Of a DNA stretch of 17,531 nt, positions 1 to 6,953 are shown piece after piece (position 1 is the stretch's first letter; every line of letters starts with the position of its first letter). The position numbers were made by a program, and so were the translations under genes. The notes under the pieces are model-generated. The model was not told the origin of the DNA and ran no database searches. It worked only from the letters and a program-made list of their open reading frames with translations. The stretch covers positions 1 to 17,531 of the forward strand of contig JBFRWI010000189.1 in NCBI GenBank assembly GCA_051439505.1. The letters are read 5' to 3'. The DNA is from Hormoscilla sp. Its GTDB lineage: Bacteria > Cyanobacteriota > Cyanobacteriia > Cyanobacteriales > Desertifilaceae.

Positions 1-8
1 GGATAGGC

Positions 9-111
9 AATCTCATTTTATCAAAACCATGCTACAATTCCTCGGAACATTATTTATTAGTCGGTTTCAACCGACTTTAGCTATTAGCCGGGGGTTTGAA
101 CCCCCGGCGGG
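9..111 (+). repeat. Double-hairpin dispersed repeat, copy 1, with upstream conserved leader
   Basis: GTCGGTT-TC-AACCGAC (60-75), linker TTTAGCTATTAG, CCGGGGGTT-TG-AACCCCCGG (88-107), CGGG. Homologous to 3637-3688. The upstream part 9-72 also aligns with 3468-3531. Confidence 0.85.
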
Positions 112-142
112 ATAACAGCGAAGTGAATAATCGTATAATGGT

Positions 143-1156
143 TTACAATTGCATATCGACCCAATGTTCAGCCCCAGGGGCGGGAGGTTCAGAGCCCATT
201 TTAATTGCCTGACGCCATTTAACAATATAAGGGGCAAGCAAATCAGCGGGGATAAACTTGTAAGGCGCTTTGCCAAAACGATTAACATTCGCCTGTTGCA
301 GATCGAGGATTTTGACATCTTGGTGAATAATAAAGCGAGAGAGTGGTTCAAAGAACAAGCGGATCAACCAACCCATCTCCACCTTAAAAGTCATCACCGT
401 GTAAACTTCAGTTTCAGTTTCATCGATCGGAGTACAAGATGAAGTAATAATATAATGGCGGCCATCGTCAAATATATAATCCACCCGGGTAGTCGCCGGG
501 GCAATAAACTGATCGGTATGTTGCATCTTGCTTTCCTTGCGAGTCAACAGCCACCAAATCAAGCTTTTTTTGCGAGGTTCGCGGAAATATTCAGCCACCG
601 CCCCATCTGGCAAACTGCGGACAACGGCCTGAACGGGTTTCGCAGTAGGAGAACGAAACCAAAACCGATGGACGTAAGTAGCATGAGGACAATCAAGAAA
701 ATTCTCCATACAGGTTTCCACAGCAGCGCGGAAGCGAGTTTTCATGTGAAAAGTCGTCCATCCCCGATCGCCCAGATAGGGAAATTGCAATGGTAAGTCG
801 GTAGCGGGCCGATCGGCAAGGCAAACCCAAACATAACCATCTTGTTCCCGGCAATGATAAGATTTTACCCAAAGATTGTCCGGAATCGGACAGCCCGCAG
901 GAAATGCCGGAATTGCCGCAACCAAGCCATCCGCACCGTATCGCCAACCGTGATAAGGGCATTCCAGCTGCGATTCACATATTCTACCCCGAGATAGAGG
1001 TGCATGACGATGAGCGCAGCGATCTTCCAGGGCCGCGATCGAGCCATCGGCAGAGCGAAACAGCACCAGAGGCTGTTGTAGAATCGTGACAGCGATGGGT
1101 TTTTGGCGATTTAGTTCGCGCGATCGACAAGCAATATACCAAAAAGATTCTAGCAT
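143..1156 (-). CDS. Rieske [2Fe-2S] non-heme iron oxygenase alpha subunit (VanA/aromatic ring-hydroxylating family)
   Basis: 337 aa. Rieske motifs DRCAHR...CPYHGW; mononuclear iron motif ENFLDCPHATYVH; distal QD in FIIHQD. Confidence 0.9.
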   Translation of the reverse strand: MLESFWYIACRSRELNRQKPIAVTILQQPLVLFRSADGSIAALEDRCAHRHAPLSRGRICESQLECPYHGWRYGADGLVAAIPAFPAGCPIPDNLWVKSYHCREQDGYVWVCLADRPATDLPLQFPYLGDRGWTTFHMKTRFRAAVETCMENFLDCPHATYVHRFWFRSPTAKPVQAVVRSLPDGAVAEYFREPRKKSLIWWLLTRKESKMQHTDQFIAPATTRVDYIFDDGRHYIITSSCTPIDETETEVYTVMTFKVEMGWLIRLFFEPLSRFIIHQDVKILDLQQANVNRFGKAPYKFIPADLLAPYIVKWRQAIKMGSEPPAPGAEHWVDMQL

Positions 1157-1174
1157 TTTTTCTTGAATTGTGTT

Positions 1175-1180
1175 TATAAT
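1175..1180 (+). promoter_or_regulatory. Putative -10 box for the M16 peptidase gene
   Basis: Perfect TATAAT about 30 bp upstream of ATG 1212, in the 55-bp divergent spacer. Confidence 0.4.
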
Positions 1181-1211
1181 GAAAAACAGACAACCCCAAA
1201 GCTAACCTTAC

Positions 1212-2513
1212 ATGACCTCAACTCTCATCTCGCCATCAACTCTGACCAGTTTAAACTCTCCCACCATCCACCGCCTACCCAATGGCCTGACAATTATAGC
1301 AGAACAGATGCCCGTCGCCGCCGTAAATCTGAGCCTGTGGCTGAAAGTAGGATCGGCAGTAGAAACAGACCAGATCAATGGCATGGCGCATTTTTTAGAG
1401 CACATGGTCTTCAAAGGAACGGAGAAACTGCCAAGCGGAGAATTTGAGCGTCTGATTGAGGAACGAGGGGCCGTTACCAACGCCGCTACCAGTCAAGACT
1501 GCACCCACTTTTATATCACCACGGCCCCTGGAGACTTTGCCGAACTAGCCCCCTTGCAGATCGAGGTAGTCCTCAATCCTAGCATTCCCGAAGCGGCCTT
1601 CGATCGGGAAAGAAAGGTAGTATTAGAAGAAATTCGGCGATCGGACGATAATCCCCGCCGCCGCACATATCAGCAGTCAATGGAGATGGCCTTTGAACGA
1701 CTGCCCTATCGGCGACCGGTACTGGGTCCGATGGGGGTGATAGAACAGTTGACAGCGCAGCAAATGCGGGATTTCCATGGTAATTGGTATCAACCCCCAT
1801 CAATTACAGCAGTAGCAGTAGGAAATCTGCCAGTTGCCGAATTAATTGAGATTGTAGCAGAAGGGTTTACAGAGGCGATCGGGCCTACAGATGCCGAGAC
1901 ATTTGTGGAAAGATATCTACATTTGAACCCGGAACCACCTTTTACCGAGATTATTCGCCGGGAAGAAGTCGATCGCAGCTTAACCCAAGCGCAGTTGATC
2001 CTGGTCTGGCGGGTACCGGGAGGGATGCAACTGCATCAGACTTATGCCCTAGATATATTAGCATCAATTTTAGGACAGGGGCGCACATCCAGGCTGATTC
2101 AGGATTTGCGGGAAGAACGGGGGCTAGTATCGAGTATTTTCGCCAGCAATATGACCTATGAAGGTCAGGGAGTTTTCTATATAGCTGCCCGACTGCCAGA
2201 GGAGAATTTGGCAACGGTAGAAGCAGCAATTAAATCCCATATTAGCACAATTGGAGATACCATCAAAGAAGCCGAAATCGCCCGGGTGCGGACCCAAGTA
2301 GCAAATCGCTTTATCTTCGCCAACGAAACCCCGGGCGATCGGGCCAGTTTGTACGGCTACTATCAATCAATGATAGGGGACTTAGCCCCAGCCCTCAACT
2401 ATCCCGCCCGCATTCAAGCTATAGACGCAGGCCAACTGCAAGCAGCAGCAAAGCGATATCTGTCTCCAGAAGCTTACGGCGTCCTCACAATTAAACCGGA
2501 AACTGAGAATTGA
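1212..2513 (+). CDS. M16 (pitrilysin/insulinase family) zinc metallopeptidase
   Basis: 433 aa. Inverted zincin motif GMAHFLEHMVFKGT, NAATSQD, ERKVVLEE, and C-terminal SRLIQDLREERGL. Confidence 0.93.
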   Translation: MTSTLISPSTLTSLNSPTIHRLPNGLTIIAEQMPVAAVNLSLWLKVGSAVETDQINGMAHFLEHMVFKGTEKLPSGEFERLIEERGAVTNAATSQDCTHFYITTAPGDFAELAPLQIEVVLNPSIPEAAFDRERKVVLEEIRRSDDNPRRRTYQQSMEMAFERLPYRRPVLGPMGVIEQLTAQQMRDFHGNWYQPPSITAVAVGNLPVAELIEIVAEGFTEAIGPTDAETFVERYLHLNPEPPFTEIIRREEVDRSLTQAQLILVWRVPGGMQLHQTYALDILASILGQGRTSRLIQDLREERGLVSSIFASNMTYEGQGVFYIAARLPEENLATVEAAIKSHISTIGDTIKEAEIARVRTQVANRFIFANETPGDRASLYGYYQSMIGDLAPALNYPARIQAIDAGQLQAAAKRYLSPEAYGVLTIKPETEN

Positions 2514-2549
2514 GAACTGAGAATTGATAATTGAGAATTGAGAATTGAG
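2501..2549 (+). repeat. Heptamer tandem repeat (STRR-type), (AAYTGAK)x7
   Basis: aactgag aattgag aactgag aattgat aattgag aattgag aattgag. Supplies the last codons and the stop of the M16 gene. Confidence 0.9.
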
Positions 2550-2551
2550 TC

Positions 2552-3430
2552 ATGTGGAAGAATATTGCCGCCCATATTTCCCAAGTCACGGGAGAGAAAT
2601 TTGAAATAGACAGTCAGCGATCGGTAGCAGGAGGCTGTATTAACCAAGGATATCGGGTTACAGGGGGCGATCGCACCTACTTCATCAAGCTCAACTCCGC
2701 GTCAGAAATAGCCATGTTTGCAGCGGAAGCCGAGGGCTTGAAACAAATGCATCAAACAAAAACAATTCGGGTACCGCAGCCTCTTTGCGTCGGAACAGAA
2801 GGGAATTATGCTTATATCGTCATGGAGTGGTTAGAATTAGGTTCTGGTAATAGCCAAGCTTGGGAAGAAATGGGACGTCAACTAGCAGCAATGCATCGCT
2901 GTACTCCCCCGACAGAAACAGAAAACGGTGGGTTTGGCTGGGACCAAAACAACACCATTGGTTCCACCCCTCAGATAAATAGCTGGACAGCAGACTGGGC
3001 AGAATTTTTTGCCAAGCACAGACTCGGCTATCAATTCAAATTAGCCCGCAGTCGGGGCGGTAATTTTCCCCAAAAAGACAAATTACTAACAGCAATTCCC
3101 GAATTATTAGCCAGTCATCAGCCACAACCTTCCCTAGTTCACGGCGACTTGTGGGGGGGGAACGCCGCCTGTACCGTCACTGGAGAACCGGTAATTATCG
3201 ACCCCGCAACTTACGTGGGCGATCGGGAAGTAGACATCGCCATGACCGAACTATTCGGCGGCTTTCCAGCAGCCTTTTATCGCGGCTACAACGAAGCATT
3301 TCCCCTAGATGCTGCGTACAAAAAGCGTAAAACCCTCTACAACCTCTATCACATTCTCAATCACTTCAATCTCTTCGGTGGCGGCTATGGATCCCAAGCC
3401 AACCGGATGATTTCAGAAATACTAGCTTAA
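2552..3430 (+). CDS. Fructosamine/ketosamine-3-kinase family protein
   Basis: 292 aa. GGCINQ, FAAEAEGL, FGWDQNNTIGSTPQIN, catalytic LVHGDLWGGN, DPATYVGDREVDIAMTELFGGF, LYNLYHILNHFNLFG. Confidence 0.93.
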   Translation: MWKNIAAHISQVTGEKFEIDSQRSVAGGCINQGYRVTGGDRTYFIKLNSASEIAMFAAEAEGLKQMHQTKTIRVPQPLCVGTEGNYAYIVMEWLELGSGNSQAWEEMGRQLAAMHRCTPPTETENGGFGWDQNNTIGSTPQINSWTADWAEFFAKHRLGYQFKLARSRGGNFPQKDKLLTAIPELLASHQPQPSLVHGDLWGGNAACTVTGEPVIIDPATYVGDREVDIAMTELFGGFPAAFYRGYNEAFPLDAAYKKRKTLYNLYHILNHFNLFGGGYGSQANRMISEILA

Positions 3431-3467
3431 TTCCAAGAAGTCTAATATCAAGAAACCGGGTGGGGAT

Positions 3468-3688
3468 AATCCCATTTTGGAAAAACAATGCTACAATTAG
3501 TCTCAGGATTATCCTATTAGTCGGTTTTAACTCATATCTTGCACCTGTTGCAACAGGCCGCATCTGGTTAAAACCAGAGGCTAAAAGCCAAAATCCACAA
3601 AAATGGGCGGGCATCCACATCTGACAATGCTGGAGAGTGGGTTTTAACCCACTTTAGCTATTAGCCGTGGGTTTGAACCCACGGCGGG
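3468..3688. repeat. Composite repeat nest: leader plus truncated arm, an inverted degenerate copy (3558-3607) and a forward copy (3637-3688) of the double-hairpin element
   Basis: Forward copy GTGGGTT-TT-AACCCAC TTTAGCTATTAG CCGTGGGTT-TG-AACCCACGG CGGG. Inverted copy CCGCA TCTGGTT-AA-AACCAGA GGCTAAAAGCCAAAA TCCA-CAAAAA-TGGG. Perfect palindrome CCTGTTGCAACAGG at 3544-3557. Confidence 0.8.
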
Positions 3689-3706
3689 CCAGGAAACTTG
3701 ACCGAA

Positions 3707-4303
3707 TCACGAGGAAGAAGGCTTATTCATGTAATAGAGTAGCCAAAGGACTCCCGCAATGCCCATAAAGTGAGCTAAAATAATGTTAGTATTAGCCTGG
3801 ACTACAAAGAGATCCAGAGGTTCAATAAACCCTCTGAGATTAGTTGCTGGATCGAAAAAAGTTCTTGGCTGAGTCAGGGACTTGGCCACTAAGGTGCCAG
3901 TAATTGCTGATCCCGCAATAATAGTCAAGGCCATTCCCACCAGAGAGAACATCAATCCCAAGCGCAGGATAGAAACCGTGTAACTCTTGGAAGGGCGGAG
4001 ACTCGGAGTAGGCGATCGCAGTTGTCTAGACAAGCGTATGTAACGGAAAGCCTGGTAAACACTCAAATACAGCACCAGCAGTCCGCAAACAGCAAAAAAT
4101 AGACCACCCCCCGTACCCGGATTATTCGCCCCAGTCCCTTTAGCAGCGCCAAAAATAACAGCAACCAATAAAATCACACTAGAAATGATTGCTAGCGTTA
4201 ATTGACTGACGAAACCGACCCAGCCGGCAATCCGCAACACATTAGAAAATCGCTCTATAGCCGGAGGTAAGGAAACAATTGGTGAATTTTCTGACATAAT
4301 CAT
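3707..4303 (-). CDS. DUF3611 family membrane protein
   Basis: 198 aa, about 4 hydrophobic segments. GWVGFVSQL, G.GLFFAVCG and IEPLDLFVVQANTNIILAHF are typical of the cyanobacterial/plastid DUF3611 family. Start could be 4297. Confidence 0.85.
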   Translation of the reverse strand: MIMSENSPIVSLPPAIERFSNVLRIAGWVGFVSQLTLAIISSVILLVAVIFGAAKGTGANNPGTGGGLFFAVCGLLVLYLSVYQAFRYIRLSRQLRSPTPSLRPSKSYTVSILRLGLMFSLVGMALTIIAGSAITGTLVAKSLTQPRTFFDPATNLRGFIEPLDLFVVQANTNIILAHFMGIAGVLWLLYYMNKPSSS

Positions 4304-4334
4304 CCCCAGTTTCTACGATTCTTAGTCTACCAGC

Positions 4335-4373
4335 ACCGATTGACTACCGACTACTGACCACCGACCACCGACA
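4335..4373 (+). repeat. Degenerate heptamer tandem repeat (ACYGACY)
   Basis: accgatt-gact-accgact-actgacc-accgacc-accgaca. Confidence 0.75.
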
Positions 4374-4647
4374 AGATCTCTGCTTTCACTGATCTGCTCC
4401 CTTCCTTGTGTATATAGAATTAATCGTGTTATTATGAACACATTACAGGCCGATCGCCTGCCTGACCCTATACCGGCAGTCCGGGCGATCGGCCCATTCC
4501 CCAAGTTTGGTGAGTGTTTTGTTAAATTTGGGCATCACACTGACATCCTTTAACGTCACATACATTCATAGTGCCATTTTGACCGGCACCAGGGCGGCAT
4601 CTACTAGACGCAAATTGCCCCGTTGATGATGAGTGTAGAGAAGACGA

Positions 4648-5067
4648 ATGAAAATTAACGATATCTATGGGTTTTTTCTGGAGCCACCCCCAATTTATCT
4701 TAACAAGGAACTGGCTGTTTGCTATATACTTTCAGTGTTATTGGGAGCAGACTCCTATGGAACCGAACTGATGGGACTGCTAGAGAAGCAATATCCCATC
4801 TACCGACTTTCCGACACTGTCCTGTACAGTTCCCTCAAATTCCTGGAAGAAGAACAGCTGATTACAGGCTATTGGCAGAAAGTTACAGGACGCGGACGTC
4901 CCCGTCGGATGTATCATATCCGTTCCCCATGGCGTCCACAGGCCATTGACCTGGCCCGACTCTGGCAAGATTATGTTGCCATTAAGAGCGATCGCATCTT
5001 ACTTTTGCGACAATCTTATCAAAAATACTCCCCAACAGCACCATCGAAATTACCAGCAACCAGCTAA
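4648..5067 (+). CDS. pex: PadR-family transcriptional regulator, circadian period extender Pex
   Basis: PPPIYLNKELAVCYILSVLL..DSYGTEL, RLSDTVLYSSLKFLE and GRGRPRRMY match the cyanobacterial Pex winged-helix protein. Confidence 0.88.
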   Translation: MKINDIYGFFLEPPPIYLNKELAVCYILSVLLGADSYGTELMGLLEKQYPIYRLSDTVLYSSLKFLEEEQLITGYWQKVTGRGRPRRMYHIRSPWRPQAIDLARLWQDYVAIKSDRILLLRQSYQKYSPTAPSKLPATS

Positions 5068-5090
5068 AGGAGTGATTGATTAAAGCTGCT

Positions 5091-5111
5091 GTAGGGTGGG
5101 CATCGCCCACC
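5091..5111 (+). repeat. GTAG-type REP hairpin
   Basis: GTAG-GGTGGGC-ATC-GCCCACC. The same element occurs in reverse orientation at 10871-10891 and 12621-12641. Confidence 0.85.
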
Positions 5112-5129
5112 TTACATTTAATCTTCTCA

Positions 5130-5164
5130 ATTTACCATTTACCATTCACCATTTACCATTTCCC
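5130..5164 (+). repeat. Heptamer tandem repeat (ATTTACC)x5
   Basis: atttacc atttacc attcacc atttacc atttccc, immediately before ATG 5165. Confidence 0.85.
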
Positions 5165-5767
5165 ATGAGTAGTTCTCTGGTCTCCTCAACTTTGATTCCC
5201 ACCTTACTGCTATTTGTGGGTTTGTTTTTCTTTATCAAAGCCTCAGTCAAAGACCGCACCGAAACAATTACACTACCAGCAGTATCCGACCAAATGCTAA
5301 CTCAATTAGAGGAATATTTTACCCAGCGGGCCTACCGCGTCACAGCAACAGATAGCCAGTTGACCCCGGATACTGCGAGTAGCCCTTCCGGGGTCAACTG
5401 GACCCATAAGCGGGTAATATTTGAAGGGTTTGTCCGCCCCAGTCTATTTATGGCTATCTTCCTCACCCTGTTAGCCGCAGCTGGCCTCTGCTGCGGCAGT
5501 CTAGTTTTGTCGATCCTCTTTCCCCAGTGGAATGTAGTAGTGTTTGGCTTGGTATTTTTATCACCAATTGCAGGGATTTTTTACTGGCAAAAAGCTGGAC
5601 GTACCGAGCAAGTGTCTCTGCTAATCGAAACCAAACCAGATGCAGAATCACAGCAGAGTCCTAGCGCGATCGCTATCACCGCTCATCGAGACGAACTAGC
5701 CCAGTTGCAAAAGGTTTTACCTTTGTCACAGCATCGAACATCAATTAATTCACCTGCCCAACCTTAA
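5165..5767 (+). CDS. ccb1: Cofactor assembly of complex C subunit B CCB1 (DUF3529; cytochrome b6 heme c_i attachment)
   Basis: STL.PTLLLFVGLFFFIKASVKDRTE, FEGFVRPS, FYWQKAGRTEQV, AHRDELAQL. Start moved to ATG 5165 because the ORF-track extension (5096-5164) is REP and heptamer repeat DNA. Confidence 0.85.
   Translation: MSSSLVSSTLIPTLLLFVGLFFFIKASVKDRTETITLPAVSDQMLTQLEEYFTQRAYRVTATDSQLTPDTASSPSGVNWTHKRVIFEGFVRPSLFMAIFLTLLAAAGLCCGSLVLSILFPQWNVVVFGLVFLSPIAGIFYWQKAGRTEQVSLLIETKPDAESQQSPSAIAITAHRDELAQLQKVLPLSQHRTSINSPAQP
5356..5401. repeat. Perfect 15-bp inverted repeat inside ccb1, apparently an in-frame palindromic insertion
   Basis: CCAGTTGACCCCGGA (5356-5370) / TCCGGGGTCAACTGG (5387-5401). 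The 16-nt spacer contains the mini-hairpin TACT-GCG-AGTA. Confidence 0.8.
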
Positions 5768-5785
5768 CTTTCTCTTAACCAGCTA

Positions 5786-5866
5786 TGTCTCCTGGGTCGT
5801 GCGACTAGCACGCTGCATGTCCTGGGTAACGAGTAACACTCCCAGAACATGCAGTCCCAGGAGACA
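5786..5866. other. Branched (three-way) stem-loop between the convergent ccb1 and DUF3155 genes
   Basis: Outer stem TGTCTCCTGGG/CCCAGGAGACA (11 bp), side hairpin CGTGC-GACTA-GCACG, inner stem CTGCATGTcCTGGG/CCCAGaACATGCAG. Confidence 0.75.
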
Positions 5867-5881
5867 GATTATAGATAGATG

Positions 5882-6637
5882 CTAGAAACCAGGTTCGGCG
5901 CTAGCGACATTGGCATCAGTCGAGCCCGAAACTCCCGACTGGGCTTTCTCTGGAGGGCTCTGGGCTTCGGCATGAGCGACATTGGAGCCCGAAACTGCCG
6001 AAGTGGCATTCTCTGGGGGTATCTGGGCTTCGGCGCTAGCGACATTGGCATCAGTCGGCCCCGAATCTGCCGAAGTGGCATTTTCTGGGGGTATCTGGGC
6101 TTCGGCGCTAGCGACATTGGCATCAGTCGGCCCCGAAACTGCCGAAGTGGCATTTTCTGGGGGGCTCTGGGCTTCTGTGCCAGCGACATTGGCATCTAGC
6201 AGATCAGTCGAGTCCGCAAGATGGTCTGCCGAGGTGGCATTCTCTGGGGGGCTCTGGGCTTCGGCGCCAGGGACATTGGCATCAAGCAAATCAGTCGCGC
6301 CAGCCAGTTGATCTGCCGAGGTGGCGTTCTTTGCTGCGGATGCCAAAATTTGAGCCTGTTGCTCTGCCTCTTTCAGACTGGGAAACAGAAAATGGTTTTC
6401 CTCAACGTACTGAGCGCCAAATAGTCCTTTTTCTGCCCAAAAGTACCGATCTGTGGTATGCTCATTTCGCTTGACTAGCAGTAAAGCTGGTGGCACAATG
6501 CCTTGAGCACGAATATACTTACGAGCCGCTGTCACGGGTTTATCTTCACCCGTTTCGATGTTATAGTGAGCAACTTGTTCGAGAATTCGACGCCCTTCTA
6601 GGCGACGACGACTTTTGCGTTTGCGTCTCCTGGCCAA
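5882..6637 (-). CDS. DUF3155 domain protein with long acidic repetitive C-terminal extension
   Basis: TTG start preceded by AGGAGG. N-terminal MARRRKRKSRRR...KPVTAARKYI...VKRNEHTTDRYFWAEKGLFGAQYVEENHFLFPSL is the conserved cyanobacterial DUF3155 domain. Confidence 0.88.
   Translation of the reverse strand: MARRRKRKSRRRLEGRRILEQVAHYNIETGEDKPVTAARKYIRAQGIVPPALLLVKRNEHTTDRYFWAEKGLFGAQYVEENHFLFPSLKEAEQQAQILASAAKNATSADQLAGATDLLDANVPGAEAQSPPENATSADHLADSTDLLDANVAGTEAQSPPENATSAVSGPTDANVASAEAQIPPENATSADSGPTDANVASAEAQIPPENATSAVSGSNVAHAEAQSPPEKAQSGVSGSTDANVASAEPGF
5885..6328 (-). repeat. Coding tandem repeat in the DUF3155 tail (units of 87, 87, 72, 72 and 63 bp plus a partial unit)
   Basis: Protein units NATSA...DANV..AEAQ(S/I)PPE of 29, 29, 24, 24 and 21 aa plus a final partial unit. 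Confidence 0.9.
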
Positions 6638-6953
6638 TCTACCTTACCTCCTTTTTCTGCGGACCTGCGTAGTTATGACCACCAAAGCCCTCCCGATTCT
6701 ATCTAATCTAACTGGAAAAATCAATGGTGCTCTTAAAATAGCTTAACACAAAGTCAAAAGCCGATCTGACCAGGCCCATGTCCCCAGGTTGCGGGAATAG
6801 CACTCCCCTGGACATAGGTGGTAAGCTGATGAATGGGCAATATTTTTGCGGGAGTATGATGTCAAAAGTATAGAAAAGTATAAAATATTTAAAAGTAGAG
6901 AGTCCGATAAGATATATAGGTTTCTCGTCCCACCGTAGCTGGCAAGTGCTCCC

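Noticed and set aside
5096..5164. N-terminal extension of CCB1 in the ORF track
   Set aside because: Made of the REP hairpin and ATTTACC repeats. The family-like sequence begins at ATG 5165.
5869..6311. Repetitive ORFs in other frames (5869-6195 -, 5879-6199 +, 5982-6311 +), and a CRISPR-like look
   Set aside because: Shadows of the DUF3155 coding repeat. Units are contiguous multiples of 3 with no unique spacers, and no cas genes are present.
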